Origin: Phyllobates terribilis
Taxonomy: Eukaryota
Direction of reading: 5' to 3'
DNA length: 64,000 bases
Assembly (NCBI RefSeq): GCF_046119375.1
Contig: NW_027362767.1
Location: forward strand, 429,102,001-429,166,000
Shown here: piece by piece, positions 37,601-49,658 of the stretch
Numbering within the stretch: the first letter of the stretch is position 1
Layout of the letters: each line of letters opens with the position of its first letter
Notes under the pieces: generated by a model
What the model was told of the DNA's origin: nothing
Database searches by the model: none
The model's input: only the letters and a program-made list of their open reading frames with translations
Made by a program: the position numbers and the translations under genes

Positions 37601-39030
37601 ACAGGATCTTATCATATATCTCTGTATACAGGGAGCTCCCCCTAGTGGTGGCTGTAGACAGGATCTCATCATATATCTCTGTATACAGGGAGCTCCTCCT
37701 AGTGGCTGCAGACAGAATCTTATCATGTATCTCTGTATACAGGGAGCTCCCCTTAGTGGTGGCTGCAGACAGGATCCCATCATGTATCTCTGTATAGAGG
37801 GAGCTCCCCCTAGTGGTGGCTGCAGACAGAATTTCATCATGTATCTCTATACAGGGAGCTCCACCTAGTGGTGGCTGCAGACAGAATTTCATCATGTATC
37901 TCTGTATATAGGGAGCTCCCCTTAGTGGTGGCTATAGACATAATCTTATCATGTATCTCTGTATACAGGGAGCTCCCCCTAGTGGTGGCTACAGACAGAA
38001 TCTTATCATGTATCTCTGTATACAGGGAGCTCCCCCTAGTGGTGGCTACAGACAGGATCTTATCATGTATCTCTGTATACAGGGAGCTCCCCCTAGTGGT
38101 GGCTGCAGACAGAATCTTATCATGTATCTCTATATACAGGGAGCTCCCCCTAGTGGTGGCTGCAGACAGAATCTTATCATGTATCTCTGTATACAGGGAG
38201 CTCCCCCTAGTGGTGGCTGCAGACAGAATTTCATCATGTATCTCTGTATACAGGGAGCTCCCCCTAGTGGTGGCTGCAGACAGAATTTCATCATGTATCT
38301 CTGTATATAGGGAGCTCCCCTTAGTGTTGGCTGTAGACATAATCTTATCATGTATCTCTGTATACAGGGAGCTCCACCTAGTGGTGGCTGCAGGCAGAAT
38401 TTAATCATGTATCTCTGTATATAGGGAGCTCCCCTTAGTGGTGGCTGTAGACATAATCTTTTCACGTATCTCTGTATACAGGGAGCTCCCCCTAGTGGTG
38501 GCTGCAGACAGAATCTTATCATGTATCTCTGTATACAGGGAGCTCCCCCTAGTGGTCGCCACAGACAGGATCTCAATATGTATCTCTGTATACAGGGAGC
38601 TCCCCCTAGTGGTGGCTACAGCTAGCTAGAATGTTAGCATTTCACTCCACAGGGGATTCAGCTTTGACCTCAATAACATTTATACAAAATAAAGGTGGAT
38701 AAAAGGTTTAACTTTTTCGAGGAGATCTGCAGCCACAAGAATATTAATAGCTGATCGCACACTTATCTCCATTCTCCTCTGAACACCATAACATTGATCT
38801 TCTACGGTTTGTATAAAACTGCAAATCAATCCCATCTATAAATTCATACAGGCTTTGATCTGAGTTTTTTCTCTCTCCTGCAGGGGGCGCTCACACAGCT
38901 GATCCAGTATTATCATCGCTTCCATAAGATCCTGTCCCAGCCCCCGCTCAGGAATCTGCCGGTTTGCTCAGAATTAATCAATCTCCATCATCTGATGGTC
39001 GAGCTGAAGAAGCACAAACCAAACTTCTGA
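25615..39030 (+). CDS. VPS52: GARP/EARP complex subunit VPS52; 20 exons, 692 aa
   Basis: Exons: 25615-25623, 26884-26956, 27254-27306, 28499-28574, 28740-28807, 29001-29176, 29803-29953, 30172-30272, 31566-31698, 34493-34550, 35043-35176, 35298-35453, 35603-35721, 36059-36182, 36540-36635, 36747-36854, 36935-37000, 37071-37182, 37256-37374, 38884-39030, totalling 2079 nt in frame. Hallmarks GVDLRQYSKQVE, KVREFILQKIYSFRKPMTNYQIPQ, YEEVAEKDDLMGIEDTAKKGFFSKP, YPFESLFRSQHY and LMVELKKHKPNF*. The 9-nt first exon (MAE) is the least certain part. Confidence 0.96.
25641..26336. repeat. 31-bp minisatellite (34-bp variants), about 22 copies, VPS52 intron 1
   Basis: TGTCTGCTCTGATGGGGGTGGTTGTCCTGTG repeated. 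Confidence 0.93.
26727..26860. repeat. 29-bp GC-rich tandem repeat, about 4.6 copies, next to the VPS52 exon 2 acceptor
   Basis: GGACCCCGCGTCTGACCCGTCGCGCGGCC repeated. Confidence 0.9.
27433..28282. repeat. 29-bp minisatellite, about 29 copies, VPS52 intron 3
   Basis: CTCCATTACTGCACTGCGGCGTGGAGCGG with ordered variants. Confidence 0.95.
28575..28739 (+). other. U12-type (minor spliceosome) GT-AG intron, VPS52 intron 4
   Basis: 5' site GTATCCTTCC matches the U12 consensus RTATCCTT; candidate branch sites CTCTTAGC (28701) or TTTCTCAGC (28721). Confidence 0.75.
29290..29680. repeat. 28-bp tandem repeat (about 6 copies) inside a longer local duplication, VPS52 intron 6
   Basis: GGACCCCTGGAGACTGTGGCATGCTTCA repeated; flanking ...GGACCTCTTGT...CACATGGACCCCTAGTGATGGTGTGCATGAACT occurs twice. 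Confidence 0.8.
31766..34059 (+). mobile_element. Degenerate Tc1-like transposon in VPS52 intron 9
   Basis: TA|CAACCCCTACTCCGATAAAGTTGGG ... TTTTTTGGCGTTGCGGCTG|TA. Broken transposase remnants include WKTLLWSDESK, GCHVLRTKEEKDHPAY, EQDNGK and SPLENI. Confidence 0.8.
32605..33360. repeat. 28-bp minisatellite, 27 copies, inside the Tc1 transposase CDS
   Basis: GAGGAGAGGGGCCATCCAGCTTGTTATC repeated; 756 bp = 27 x 28. Confidence 0.93.
34551..35042 (+). other. U12-type AT-AC intron, VPS52 intron 10
   Basis: Exon ends AAAAAAG|ATATCCTGG; branch site CTCCTTAAT at 35024-35032; acceptor GAGACAC|GCTTCTTC; joining restores TAKK-G-FFSKP. Confidence 0.9.
36207..36503. repeat. 86-bp satellite family, about 3.5 copies, VPS52 intron 14
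   Basis: Same unit as the 58241-63971 array. Confidence 0.9.
37508..38621. repeat. 57-bp minisatellite, 20 copies, VPS52 last intron
   Basis: ATCTTATCATGTATCTCTGTATACAGGGAGCTCCCCCTAGTGGTGGCTGCAGACAGA repeated. Confidence 0.95.
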
Positions 39031-39140
39031 GGGGTCCGCACTTCTGGATTGTGAAATACTGTACAATAGTCTCTACACCAACGTCTCCTGGCCGCTCCTC
39101 GTCTTGTAAGGTTCTTAATTTATGTGATAAACCTGTCCCT

Positions 39141-39146
39141 AATAAA
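39141..39146 (+). terminator. VPS52 polyadenylation signal AATAAA
   Basis: 110 nt after the TGA stop. Confidence 0.7.
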
Positions 39147-39604
39147 GTAACGTCTCCGGTCTCAGACTCTGTCATTGGATGATTAAAGGGAAGCGGTCAT
39201 CAGTTTTTAATATCCCAACAAATGCTACCACCTTTTTCTGCTATGACGCATTTCACACATGATGACATTGCCATCTGACCCCTCTGTACACCTGAGACAT
39301 ACCATTTGATTTGGTCCTGTGCTGTAGTTAAAGAGAACCTGTCATATGACCATCAACATAAGGCCCCGATCCGACCTGAAAGACAAGAAAAAGAGCTTTT
39401 ATTATACTCATCTGGGGACGGTCCAGGCCGATGGGTGTTGCTCATCTTGGTCCGGAGCCTCCCATCTTCTTACGATCGCCGTCCTCCTTCTTGCTTCATG
39501 TGGATGACACGTCCTACGTCATCCATACAGAGTCCCCAAAGTGGCGCTCCTGGACAGGGCAGAGCAAAATACTGCAGTGCTAAGGTGGAAAGAAAGTTTA
39601 ACTA

Positions 39605-41652
39605 CAGGTGCGTCTCACAAAATTATAATATCATCAAAAAGTTAATTTATTTCAGTTCTTCAATATAAAAAGTGAAACTCCTATATTATATAGAGTCATT
39701 ACACACAGAGGGATCTATTATATAGAGTCATTACACACAGAGGGATCTATTATATAGAGTCATTACACACAGAGGGATCTATTATATAGAGTCATTGCGC
39801 ACAGAGGGGTCTATTTCAAGTGTTTATTTCTGTTAATGTTGATGATTATGACTTACAGCCAATGAAAACACAAGTTATCTCAGTAAATTAGAATAATTAA
39901 CAAAAAATACCTGCAAAGGCTTCCTAAGAGTTTAAAAAGGTCCCTTAGTCTGTTTCAGTAGGCCCCACAATCATGGGGAAGACTACTGACTTGACAGATG
40001 TCCAGAAGGCAGTCATTGACACACTCCACAAGGAGGGTAAAGCCACAAAAGGTCATTGGTAAAGAAGCTGGCTGTTCACAGAGTGCTGTATCCAAGCATA
40101 TTAATGAAAAGTTGAGTGGAAGGAAAAAGTGTGGTAGAAAAAGGTGCACAAGCAACCGGGATAACCGCAGCCTGGAAAAGATTAAGAAAAGGCCATTCAA
40201 AAATTTGGGGGAGATTCACAAGGAGTGGACTGCTGCTGGAGTCATTGCTTCAAGAGCCACCACACACAGACGTATCCAGGACATGGGCTACAAGTGTCAC
40301 ATTCCTTGTGTCAGGCCACTCATGACCAATAGACAACGCCAGAAGCGTCTTACCTGGGCCAAGGAGAAAAACACCTGGACTGTTCTCAGTGGTCCAAGGT
40401 GTTGTTTTCCGATGAAAGTAAATTTTGCATTTAATTTGGAAATCAAGGTCCCAGAGTCTGGAGGAAGAGTGGAGAGGCCACAATCCAAGCTGCTGGAAGT
40501 CTAGTGTGAAGTTTCCACAATCAGTGATGGTTTGGGGAGCCATGTCATCTGCTGGTGTAGGTCCACTGTGTTTTATCAAGACCAAAGTCAGCGCAGCCGT
40601 CTACCAGGACATTGTAGAGCACTTCATGCTTCCCTCTGCCGACAAGCTTTTTGGAGATGGAAATGTCATTCTCCAGCAGGACTTGGCCCCTGTCCACACT
40701 GCCAAAAGTACCAATACCTGGTTTACACACAACAGTATCACTGTGCTTGATTGGCAGCAAACTCACCTGACCTTAACCCCATAGAGAATCTATTATAGAG
40801 AATCTATGGGGCATTGTCAAGAGGAAGATGAGAGACCCCAGACCCAACAATGCAGACGAGCTGAAGGCTTCTATCAAAGCCACCTGGGCTTCCATAAACC
40901 CTCAGCAGGGCCACAGGCTGATCCATCCATGCCACATTGCCGCATTGATGCAGTAATTGATGCAAAAGGAGCCCGGCCAAGTATTGAGAGCATTTACTGA
41001 ACATACATTTCAGATTTTAAAATCATTTTTCAAGCTGTTGTTATAAAGTATTCTAATTTACTGAGATAATGACTTTTGTGTTTTCATTGGCTGTAAGCCA
41101 TAATCATCAACATTAACAGAAATAAACACGTGAAATAGATCCCTCTATGTGTAATGACTCTATATAATAGATCCCTCTGTGTGTAATGACTCTATATAAT
41201 AGATCCCTCTGTGTGTAATGACTCTATATAATAGATCCCTCTGCGTGTAATGACTATATAATAGATCCCTCTGCGCGTAATGACTATATAATAGATCCCT
41301 CTGTGCGTGATGACACTGTATAATAGATCCCTGTGTGTAATGACTCTATATAATAGATCCCTCCGTGTGTAATGACTGTATATAATAGATCCCTCCGTGT
41401 GTAATGACTGTATATAACAGATCCCTCCGTGTGTAATGACTCTATATAACAGATCCCTCCGTGTGTAATGACTCTATATAACAGATCCCTCTGTGTATAA
41501 GGACTCTATATAACAGATCCCTCTGTGTGTAATGACTCTATATAATAGATCCCTCCGTGTGTAATGACTCTATATAATAGATGAGTTTCACTTTTTGTAT
41601 TGAAGAACTGAAATTAACTTTTTGATGATATTCTTTTCGTGAGAAGCACCTG
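39605..41652 (+). mobile_element. Full-length Tc1-like transposon with frameshifted transposase (ATG at ~39973)
   Basis: TA|CAGGTGCGTCTCACAAAATT...GTGAGAAGCACCTG|TA with long TIRs. Remnants MGKTTDLTDVQKAVIDTLHKEG, GCSQSAVSKHI, VLFSDESKF, FPQSVMVWGAMS, QQDLAPVH and LNPIENL, with several frameshifts. Confidence 0.9.
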
Positions 41653-41920
41653 TATCTTTCTATGTGGAAGATGAGAATAAAACCCCGAAGGCTCATTGCG
41701 GTATTTATATAGTGGTGAAATGAGGTTTCATCCACAGCGATGGCAGCCCAGCACGGCCCCGGGATGTGAGATCTCACCATACAGCGGTAAATCTGTAGCG
41801 CACTCCTTACAGGAGGCGACTGTCGAATTAAACAAAAATGTAATCTGTGCAAAGATGCTCCGAGTTCTCCAGATATACAAAGGTAAGGCAGGTTTCCAAC
41901 TGTTGCAGAACTACAACTAA

Positions 41921-42040
41921 AGAATCTTATCATGTATCTTTGTATGCAGGGAGCTCCCCCTAGTGGTGACTGCAGAAAGGACCTTATCATGTATCTCTGT
42001 ATACAGGGTGCTCCCCCTAGTGGCAGCTGCAGACAGAAAT
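41921..42040. repeat. Two copies of the 57-bp family between VPS52 and RING1
   Basis: AGAATCTTATCATGTATC...GCTCCCCCTAGTGG twice. Confidence 0.85.
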
Positions 42041-42859
42041 CATGTGTTCAAAATTTGGTGCAAAATATTTTTGGCTGAAAAGCCACACCTTTTTTCAAAA
42101 TTCATGCACAAAATGTCTGCACCATGTAGATTAGATGTTAAAATGTCATCCACCAAACCGCAATAAATCTGCGGCATTTCCATCACATCTGAACCAGTCC
42201 TAGCGTAAACACAAACACCATGGGCCAGGCAAGGCTTGACCGCCACCAGTTCATGGTCAAACAGAACAAATCCTGGAATAAAGTCACTTTTACTAAATAA
42301 AATCAGACCACATTTAGACTCTTTAGAGAAAGTATATATTGCTGCTGCCGTAAATTTTCCTAAACACAAAAAAAGCAAAGAAAATTCTAAAAAGTAAATG
42401 ATCTAGTATAAAAAAAACTATTACAATCTTAGGAAAATCCCAGCAGAATATAGTATATGTCATATAAATTAATGAGATCCCACACGAAAACAAGGAGCAC
42501 AATGGATGAGGACGACGTGTGATGTGCGGTGGATGCCGGCTCAGCGCTGTGCTGACACTTATGATGCAGACTGGGGAAGCAAAGCTGCTGCAGGGAAGAA
42601 TCCCACCCATCATGGTGGGGGTCTGTCGTGTCTTTATTGTGCTCCTTCACCGGGGTTTTAACAACAGCACCAGTCGCTCCCTCCTCTGTACAAGCGTCAC
42701 TGTGCGGGTGAAGGTGGTGTCACAATGTTGGCCTCTTTTTACTATAGGTCTCTCAGTTTGCTGCGCGCCCCCTCGGCTGTCGTCACACACAACAGAAACA
42801 GTCTTGATTTATTTTTGTTTTTTTCCAGTCCATCTTCCCACATGGCCCGGGAGTCAGCG

Positions 42860-44896
42860 TTACTTCTGCTCTTTAGTCGGGGCGTAGTACAACTCCAGGG
42901 GTTTGCTCACCTTCCAATATTTCTCATTAACCAGCTCAAGTGTTAATGAACCGTTCAGAGTCTGAGGGTGGAAATAAAAAAGGAAAATTAAAACGACTGT
43001 TACGCTTTAATGGTAGACTCAGATGAGCGGACTGGACCCATTTACCGGTCTGTATACCGATTGTGATATAGAAGACAGAACCGCAGTGAGGATCAGAACG
43101 GTGCTGCCGGTTCTGTGCTTCCGATGAGCACAGAAATCTATACGTCCTTTATATACTGTACGGCCTGGTGTGTACTCACTGTGTACTGTCCTCCTGCAGC
43201 CCCCGCACAGATATATATTGTATACTGCTTCTCGCTGACCTCCCCCAGGGTTACTCCGTCCGCTCCTCCTCTCTGCGCTTGCTCCTCCAGGGCGATGCGA
43301 AGAGCCAAATATTTTGAAAGATGATCGACTGTGGCGTTTGCTGTGGTCTTCACAAACCTGAAGGAAGGAGAAGTGGTCAAATCCTGCAAATCTGATCCGA
43401 GTGCTCCCACATGGGGCCAGTATGAAATGCATCATTCAGGGCATCTGTACGCTCAAAATTTAAAGTGAATGTGACCTGGAGTTACCCCAATAATCCACGC
43501 TGCATCATATCAATGAAGTGCGAGCTCAGAGGCGTCACCTGGTTTGGCTGTAGCCATCTTTCTCCACCAGCAGAGGATGGGCCCTGAACACCAGCTCAAT
43601 CTCACTGCCCGCTTCTCCCATTCCTTGCGGATCCGGACTCCTCATCCCACCCTCATGTGACATGTCTGGTTCTGCTCCTGAATCCTCAGAGGCTCGGGAC
43701 CTCTTGCGGCTCGGCCCTGCCTCTTGGTTGCTGTGCACAGATGGGTTACTGACGTGCGAGCGGCTGTCACAATTGTCTTCTCCACCGCTGAACGTTGTGT
43801 TGTCTGATTCTTGCTGGTGTTTCCGCACTCGTTGGGCCCTAAATATAGGAGAGGAAAAAGTCAGAAATGTCGGGATGTTTCCCGTTACCTCTCGGGTCCT
43901 TACACGTCTTCTCTACCTGTTCATAGCTTGCATTTTTAGGCCCTCCTCGATGCTGCTGCTCAGAGCGTGCGGGTTGTGCAGCCGGCTCAGCTTTGCCAGG
44001 ACTCGGTCCTGATGTGCTTCATACTCGTCTCTGCTGGGGTAGATCTTGGAAATTAAAGCATCAAAATTTGGATCGGGGCGGAGGGATCGTTTAGAAACAA
44101 GCTTCTTCCTGCATGTGGGGCATTCCTTGTTCCTAGGTATAAAAGTGACAATGATCATGGCTCTGTCAGTTGTACATCATTTTATCCAGGCTCTTCATTT
44201 ACTCCTATACTAGACTCCTATGGGGGCAGGTAGTGAGCGGTACAGCCTCATGTAAGCTTATGGGCGCAGCATCAATATTTAGACATCCGAAGCACTAGCG
44301 ATGCCATTGAATGATGAGCCTGTGTCAGGGGATGGTGAGAAGATACACACTTATGAGATACCACAAATGTCAAATAGATGGGACTTTTACCTAAACGAAA
44401 AGCAGTAAACTAACCCGTCCACAACCGAGATCTTTATTATATTCTACGAGCAGTCACAAACAACCAAGTGAATAGTTGGGGGTCCCAGCTCCTATCACGC
44501 ATTATCCGGCACGGTCTTCATCTCACTAGCAGTGCTGTCTATGGTTATACATCTGGATGCTCCAGCAATACTGACCCGCTGCGCAGAGCAGTGACGATAC
44601 AGTCCGAGCAAAACCGGTGCAGACATTCTTTGGTTGTCATTGTGTTCTTCAGCATATCCAAACAGATGGGACACATGAGTTCACTGTGGAGGCTCCGAGG
44701 GGACACTGCGATCTCCGTACCGTCCATGATGGCCTCCTACAGACACATTAGTGGCCATTAACCAACGTCCGCAACACGCGATACAAGAATCTACAACTCT
44801 CCCAAGCCGGTGACATACCTGTGGCGTGCGGTGCAGCTCGTACAGACTGAGCTCCCACGTCTTGCTGGAGCACTGCGCACTCACTGGAGTCGCCAT
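42860..44896 (-). CDS. RING1: E3 ubiquitin ligase RING1 (PRC1 subunit); 6 coding exons, 344 aa
   Basis: Exons: 44819-44896, 44576-44736, 43917-44132, 43539-43838, 43180-43357, 42860-42961, totalling 1035 nt. C3HC4 RING (CPICLDML...CLHRFCSDC...CPTC) and C-terminal RAWUL domain ending [33 protein letters not shown]. An acceptor at 44913-44915 implies an upstream non-coding exon. The neighbourhood (VPS52, HSD17B8) supports RING1 rather than RNF2. Confidence 0.96.
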
Positions 44897-45425
44897 CTTG
44901 CCACCGGCCGGTCTACGAGAGGGAAAAAAAAAAGAAAGTTAAAATCTTACAACCAAAGGAAACATAATTAACCTAAAAAGAGGATGAGCACTGAATGCAG
45001 TCAGATACTGATGGAGGAAGGGGGGCAAACGAAAACGTCCTATGTCATATGAGAATACAGGGGTATAAAACCAGCTAAAAAACAAAATATAGTACTGGAG
45101 GAGGCGATCCAGTCCCCAAATATTAAAACAGGGGATCGACAGTCAAAGAGCAGTCCGTAATCTTAGCTCAGACCTGTCCCCATTATATCACAAGACATTA
45201 TCAAAACCTGGGACATATGGCTTCCCGATATGCTCGATCCCACAGACTTGCTTGACACAGAACTTTAGGATCTGCGCTCTAGAAATTAGTGGAGGATTCC
45301 AGAAGATGATCCTACATTTACTACTCATCCCATGAATAAGTGATACAAATGTTGGACAAATCCTTTAAGGCATCGTCATAATTTTTGACCCCCTCCCCCA
45401 TCTATTGGCGATCTAGGGTCTAGAG

Positions 45426-45580
45426 TAGGGATGTCAAACTCAAACACACAGAGGGCCAAAATGAAAAACTTGGGCAAAGTTGCGGGCCAACTAGCATACA
45501 GTATAATGGGCCCGATATAGGGGTGGTGGTTCTGATGTCAAGGGCCAAATAAAACCACCAGCCAAAGTTTGACATGCATG
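45426..45580. mobile_element. 155-bp hAT-Charlie-type MITE
   Basis: TAGGGATGTCAAACT...AGTTTGACATGCATG; 8-bp TSD GTCTAGAG (45418-45425 and 45581-45588) fits the NTCTAGAN Charlie target preference. Confidence 0.78.
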
Positions 45581-46906
45581 GTCTAGAGGGAACTTTCTGA
45601 ACATATCCAAGTTCTGCAGCAGTAATTCTTCATAAAAAGTGCGAAGTTTACACTAAAAGTGTCTTCAGGCCATTAATTTTTGCAGACAAGTGTCCTGCGT
45701 ATCTGGCAGCAACCCCTCCCGATCCCGGCTATGCAAGCGACAGTGATTGAAGCAGGAACCGCCGGCATTGTATGCTTCATTACTGCGTCTACACATGGAT
45801 ATGAACCAGTGGCCCCTACAAAGCAATCTAGGCTGAATGTTTAAACTTCCAACAGGTTTCCTTTAAGTGAAGGGGACCATCGGTGACATTCAGTGGAAGA
45901 CCCCCCAGCACTGCCAGCCTGCAGACATCTCCCATAATACATATTATACACACGTCCATTTGTAAATGTGTCCATCTGAAAAAAAACAACATATTCCAAA
46001 GTTTTCGTTTGTCGGATCAGTTTGAAAACAGAAACTTTAGTTTCCATTTGTATTTTTACTTGCGGTGTCTCCAGTGTTAGGAGTGTGCAGCGCGTAGAAA
46101 CTAATCAGTTTAACAATTGACAACTGATCCATTTCCAATAGACTGTAATGTTCCATTATTCTTATGGAATTAAAAAAAAACTAAAAAACTTGTGCAGACG
46201 ACATGTTTATCTGAACAAAAATGAATAAAACGAATGGCTAAAACAGATACAAAATAAAAACATTTTAAGAAAAAAAAAAAAAGAAAACGAATGGGTCCTA
46301 TAAAGCGATGTTCACACAGTTTTTTGGAGGCGGTCAAAAGTGACAAGGTTTTTATTGCCAGTGGAAACCACTTCAGAAAATAATTCATTTTGGGACAGAT
46401 TTCCATCTGATGATTTTTTTTTTTGCAGCATTTTGATTGGTCGTTGCCTCGCTTGGGGAGCTGACAGCTCTCTCCCCGCCCCTCACCTCCATCCAGGATT
46501 TTTTCAAAACCTCTTCAGGAAAAAAAAGAAAAAGTAGAAAAGACTCCTCATATCAACAGCAAAGTGGATTTCCCATAGGAATGAGGGTTTTGAGAAGGAT
46601 TTTGGTTCAGAACTGCTCTAAAAATTGTGTGTGAACATCGCCTCAATGAATTTTTATATTCTCCACGCTCAAAAAGTGAAAGAAAAACTGACACGAGAAC
46701 AGCGTCTGACAGACGGCTAAAAAGCTCTTCTGATCGGTTAGTTTTTAAACATTTTCATGATCTCCGCTGGCGCGCTCCATCAGAGCCATTAGTTTGTTAC
46801 AATGTATCAGGTTAGAGTCCATGCAGTTTAGACTGGATACAACTGTAACAAACCCTCAGCTGTGACTCAGTACTGATCTGTTCACATAGGAGGAGTCTCC
46901 TCCTTA

Positions 46907-47110
46907 GGACTATCAGTATTTGGTCAGTATTCGATCAGTATTTTTTCTCAGGAGTGGGAGCCAAAACCAGGAGTGGGTGATAAATGCAGAATTGGTGACT
47001 TGTTTCTATTATACCTTTTCTCTGATTGTTCCTCACCTGGTTTTGGCTCCCACTCCTGAGAAAAAATACTGACCGAATACTGATCAAATACTGAGAGTGG
47101 GGCCGTGGCC
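46907..47110. mobile_element. MITE of the same family as 9121-9292
   Basis: TTA flanks; inverted arms CAGTATT...GGAGTGGGAGCCAAAACCAGG; core matches the reverse complement of the 9121 element. Confidence 0.65.
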
Positions 47111-47164
47111 TTAGAGATGAACTCTTTACACATCACAGGCTGAAGCTTTGGGCCCCAGAGAGCG

Positions 47165-47365
47165 GACAGTCCCAGGGGAGCCCCCCAACGCACAGACAGT
47201 CCCAGGGGAGACCCCCAACGCACAGACAGTCCCAGGGGAGCCCCCCAACGCACAGACAGTCCCAGGGGAGCCCCCCAACGCACAGACAGTCCCAGGGGAG
47301 CCCCCCAACGCACAGACAGTCCCAGGGGAGCCCCCCAACGCAGACAGTCCCAGGGGAGCCCCAAC
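47165..47365. repeat. 30-bp minisatellite, about 6.5 copies, RING1 intron 1
   Basis: CGCACAGACAGTCCCAGGGGAGCCCCCCAA repeated. Confidence 0.9.
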
Positions 47366-47459
47366 TTTCCCTGTCTACCCCAGGGGCCCCCAACCTTCAA
47401 AGGCTCTCCAAAGCTGCTCCCCTCTCATCCAGCAGGGACACCATGTGTGTTTTTTGCAT

Positions 47460-47980
47460 TCTGCAGAACTACAACTCCCAGCATGTTCCCCCTATCTAAG
47501 GCAGAGGGTTACCATATGAAGCAGCACTACAAGTCCCAGCACACACTCCCAGCCTCAGCAGTATAATCAGGGGTGATGCTACAAGCTGGAGCCGCACTCT
47601 ATGACACCAGTGCTTTCCATAACACTGCACGCTGGTCATTGTAGTTCCACAGCATGCACATACATCACATTTAGCCGGCCATTAGCACCGCCCGGTCTCG
47701 TACCGATCACTTACGTCACGTAAACTCCGGTGTTCGGTGCAAGAAAAAAAAAAAAGACAGAACAACAGGAAGCGTTACCTGCTTCCGGTTTTACGTCACT
47801 TCCGGCGAGCGTTGGTGGGATTCTCACTGAGACCTGGCAACGGTGAGCCAGAAAACTCCGCCCAGAGGCCGAGATCAGCCAATCAGCGCTTTGTCAATGA
47901 ATTCCTCAGTTCCCGCGTTCTCTGTGACCGTCCAATGAGAAAGCTCAGGCACTAGTGAAAGCTCCGCCCCTCCATATAAG
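47460..47980 (-). promoter_or_regulatory. RING1 promoter and probable non-coding exon 1
   Basis: CpG-rich; CCAAT boxes (~47879, ~47932); GC boxes (~47858, ~47961); tandem CCGGAAG ETS sites (~47782, ~47799); CRE-like TGACGTAA; candidate minus-strand donors CAG|GTAACG (47778) and GAC|GTAAGT (47714); SBS-like motifs at 47468 and 47526. Confidence 0.6.
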
Positions 47981-49658
47981 AAGGCGAGAGCTGAGAGGAA
48001 TTTGTCATTTTTGTTGTAATATCCGATTTATCACATTGATGTTATCCCAGTGATAACACCTGATAATACTATTAATATTGTGTCATGCATCAGTCCTGTT
48101 TGGTTACTGAGCCAATAATGGAGTAATGTGTATTTTAACACTTTATACATTTATATCGCCCTACTATACTGTAGCGCTGTGGACTAATAAGTGGCGTTGC
48201 CCTCTGCCACAGCTCACTCTGACCACACAACGAACGTTCTTCCAGTCATGTGGACATGACCACTGCAGCCAATCACTGACCCAATGTGTCAGCGCTGCGA
48301 CAAGTGATTGGCGTGAGCAGGTCCATGTCTGAATGACCGGAAGAGGATGTAGACGAATGGTAAAGACGTCTACATCCTGCACACACCACTAGGGGGAGCT
48401 CACTGCATACAGATGTATACAGCTCCGTGACGGCTGCATCCATCCATGGATCCATGTGCGACCGTCCTGGATAATGATGAGCCGACATCAGGGGACATCA
48501 TCCATCAACACTGGGATGGAAACTCTTGTGACTACGTCACTATTATTAAGCACTGGGGCACTGATCCCATAAACTGGACACTTGTAAGCTCTAGACTCCA
48601 GTATAATAACCATCCACAGAGAACTACCGAAATATGTTCATGTATTTACCTTAAACGAAAAAAAAAACATAAGGCATCTTTAGAATTTACGATATCAAGT
48701 AGGGAGTCTGAGGGATCTGACTACACAGGGCTTGGCTGTAGTCTGATACCACGGAAACACATATGTTTTGCACAGGAGCTGTATGCACAAAGCTTTAAAC
48801 ATCCGGGCGGTCCACACTTAACTCAGTACTGACATTCTAAAATGTCAGTGTAGATTAGGTTTGTTAAATGAGGTCATGGAGGATCAGGGGAGACAGATAC
48901 AGCCAGAATCTCAACAGAGAAGCAGACAAGGTTTATTACTGTCTCTGCCTTCCTGACTGCAAAATACCCAGCGCTAAACAAATGCTGTGTAAATAGTATA
49001 CAGGAAACACTGTCGGTACTCCATCCTCCCGACCCAGTGACCTTGTGATCTCTGGATGTGGGGAAAGAGCAGAAGCTACAGGGTGCTAGGAAAAACAGTC
49101 AGCTCTGCTATGAAGGCAGGAGGCTGAATTTCCACTGTAACTGTGACTAATAAATATAGCAGCCCCAGTTACAGGGGAAATCAGCAATGGAAATAGTGTA
49201 TTAATATGTTAAAAAGGTATTTTATTATTATTATTATTATTATTTAAGACCTTATATAAGGCACAGCGAGTGAAATAAAGAAAAAAAATAAAGTAAAAAA
49301 AGTAAAAAAATCATTTATAGCTGCTTCCTCATCAGAAAAAAATATAAAAATATGTCCAATATATACAAAGAATTTCTACACAGAGGATAATGCAATTTTG
49401 AATGTTTTCAGCTGTCTTTTGTGGTCGTAAAAATAGACACGAATTTCCTAAATATTTTTTTCAATTTTTCCCTGATATCAGAAAAAAAGGAATATAAAAA
49501 TGACATAAAAATTAAGCCCCAAGTATCAGAAAATAAAGGGTAAAATTATTTGAATATCTTATTTATTCTCCAAATGCAAAATCTCAGAAAGGTGACAATG
49601 ACCAAAAGCTGCATAAAATTTCAATCCTGTGTGACCGTCACCGCATACAGAGACTTAA

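Noticed and set aside
37473-38629. Repetitive ORFs on both strands
   Set aside because: The 57-bp unit is a multiple of three and lacks stops; it is an intronic repeat.
42860-44896. Alternative identification as RNF2 (RING1B)
   Set aside because: The N-terminus [18 protein letters not shown], the length and the VPS52/HSD17B8 synteny fit RING1.
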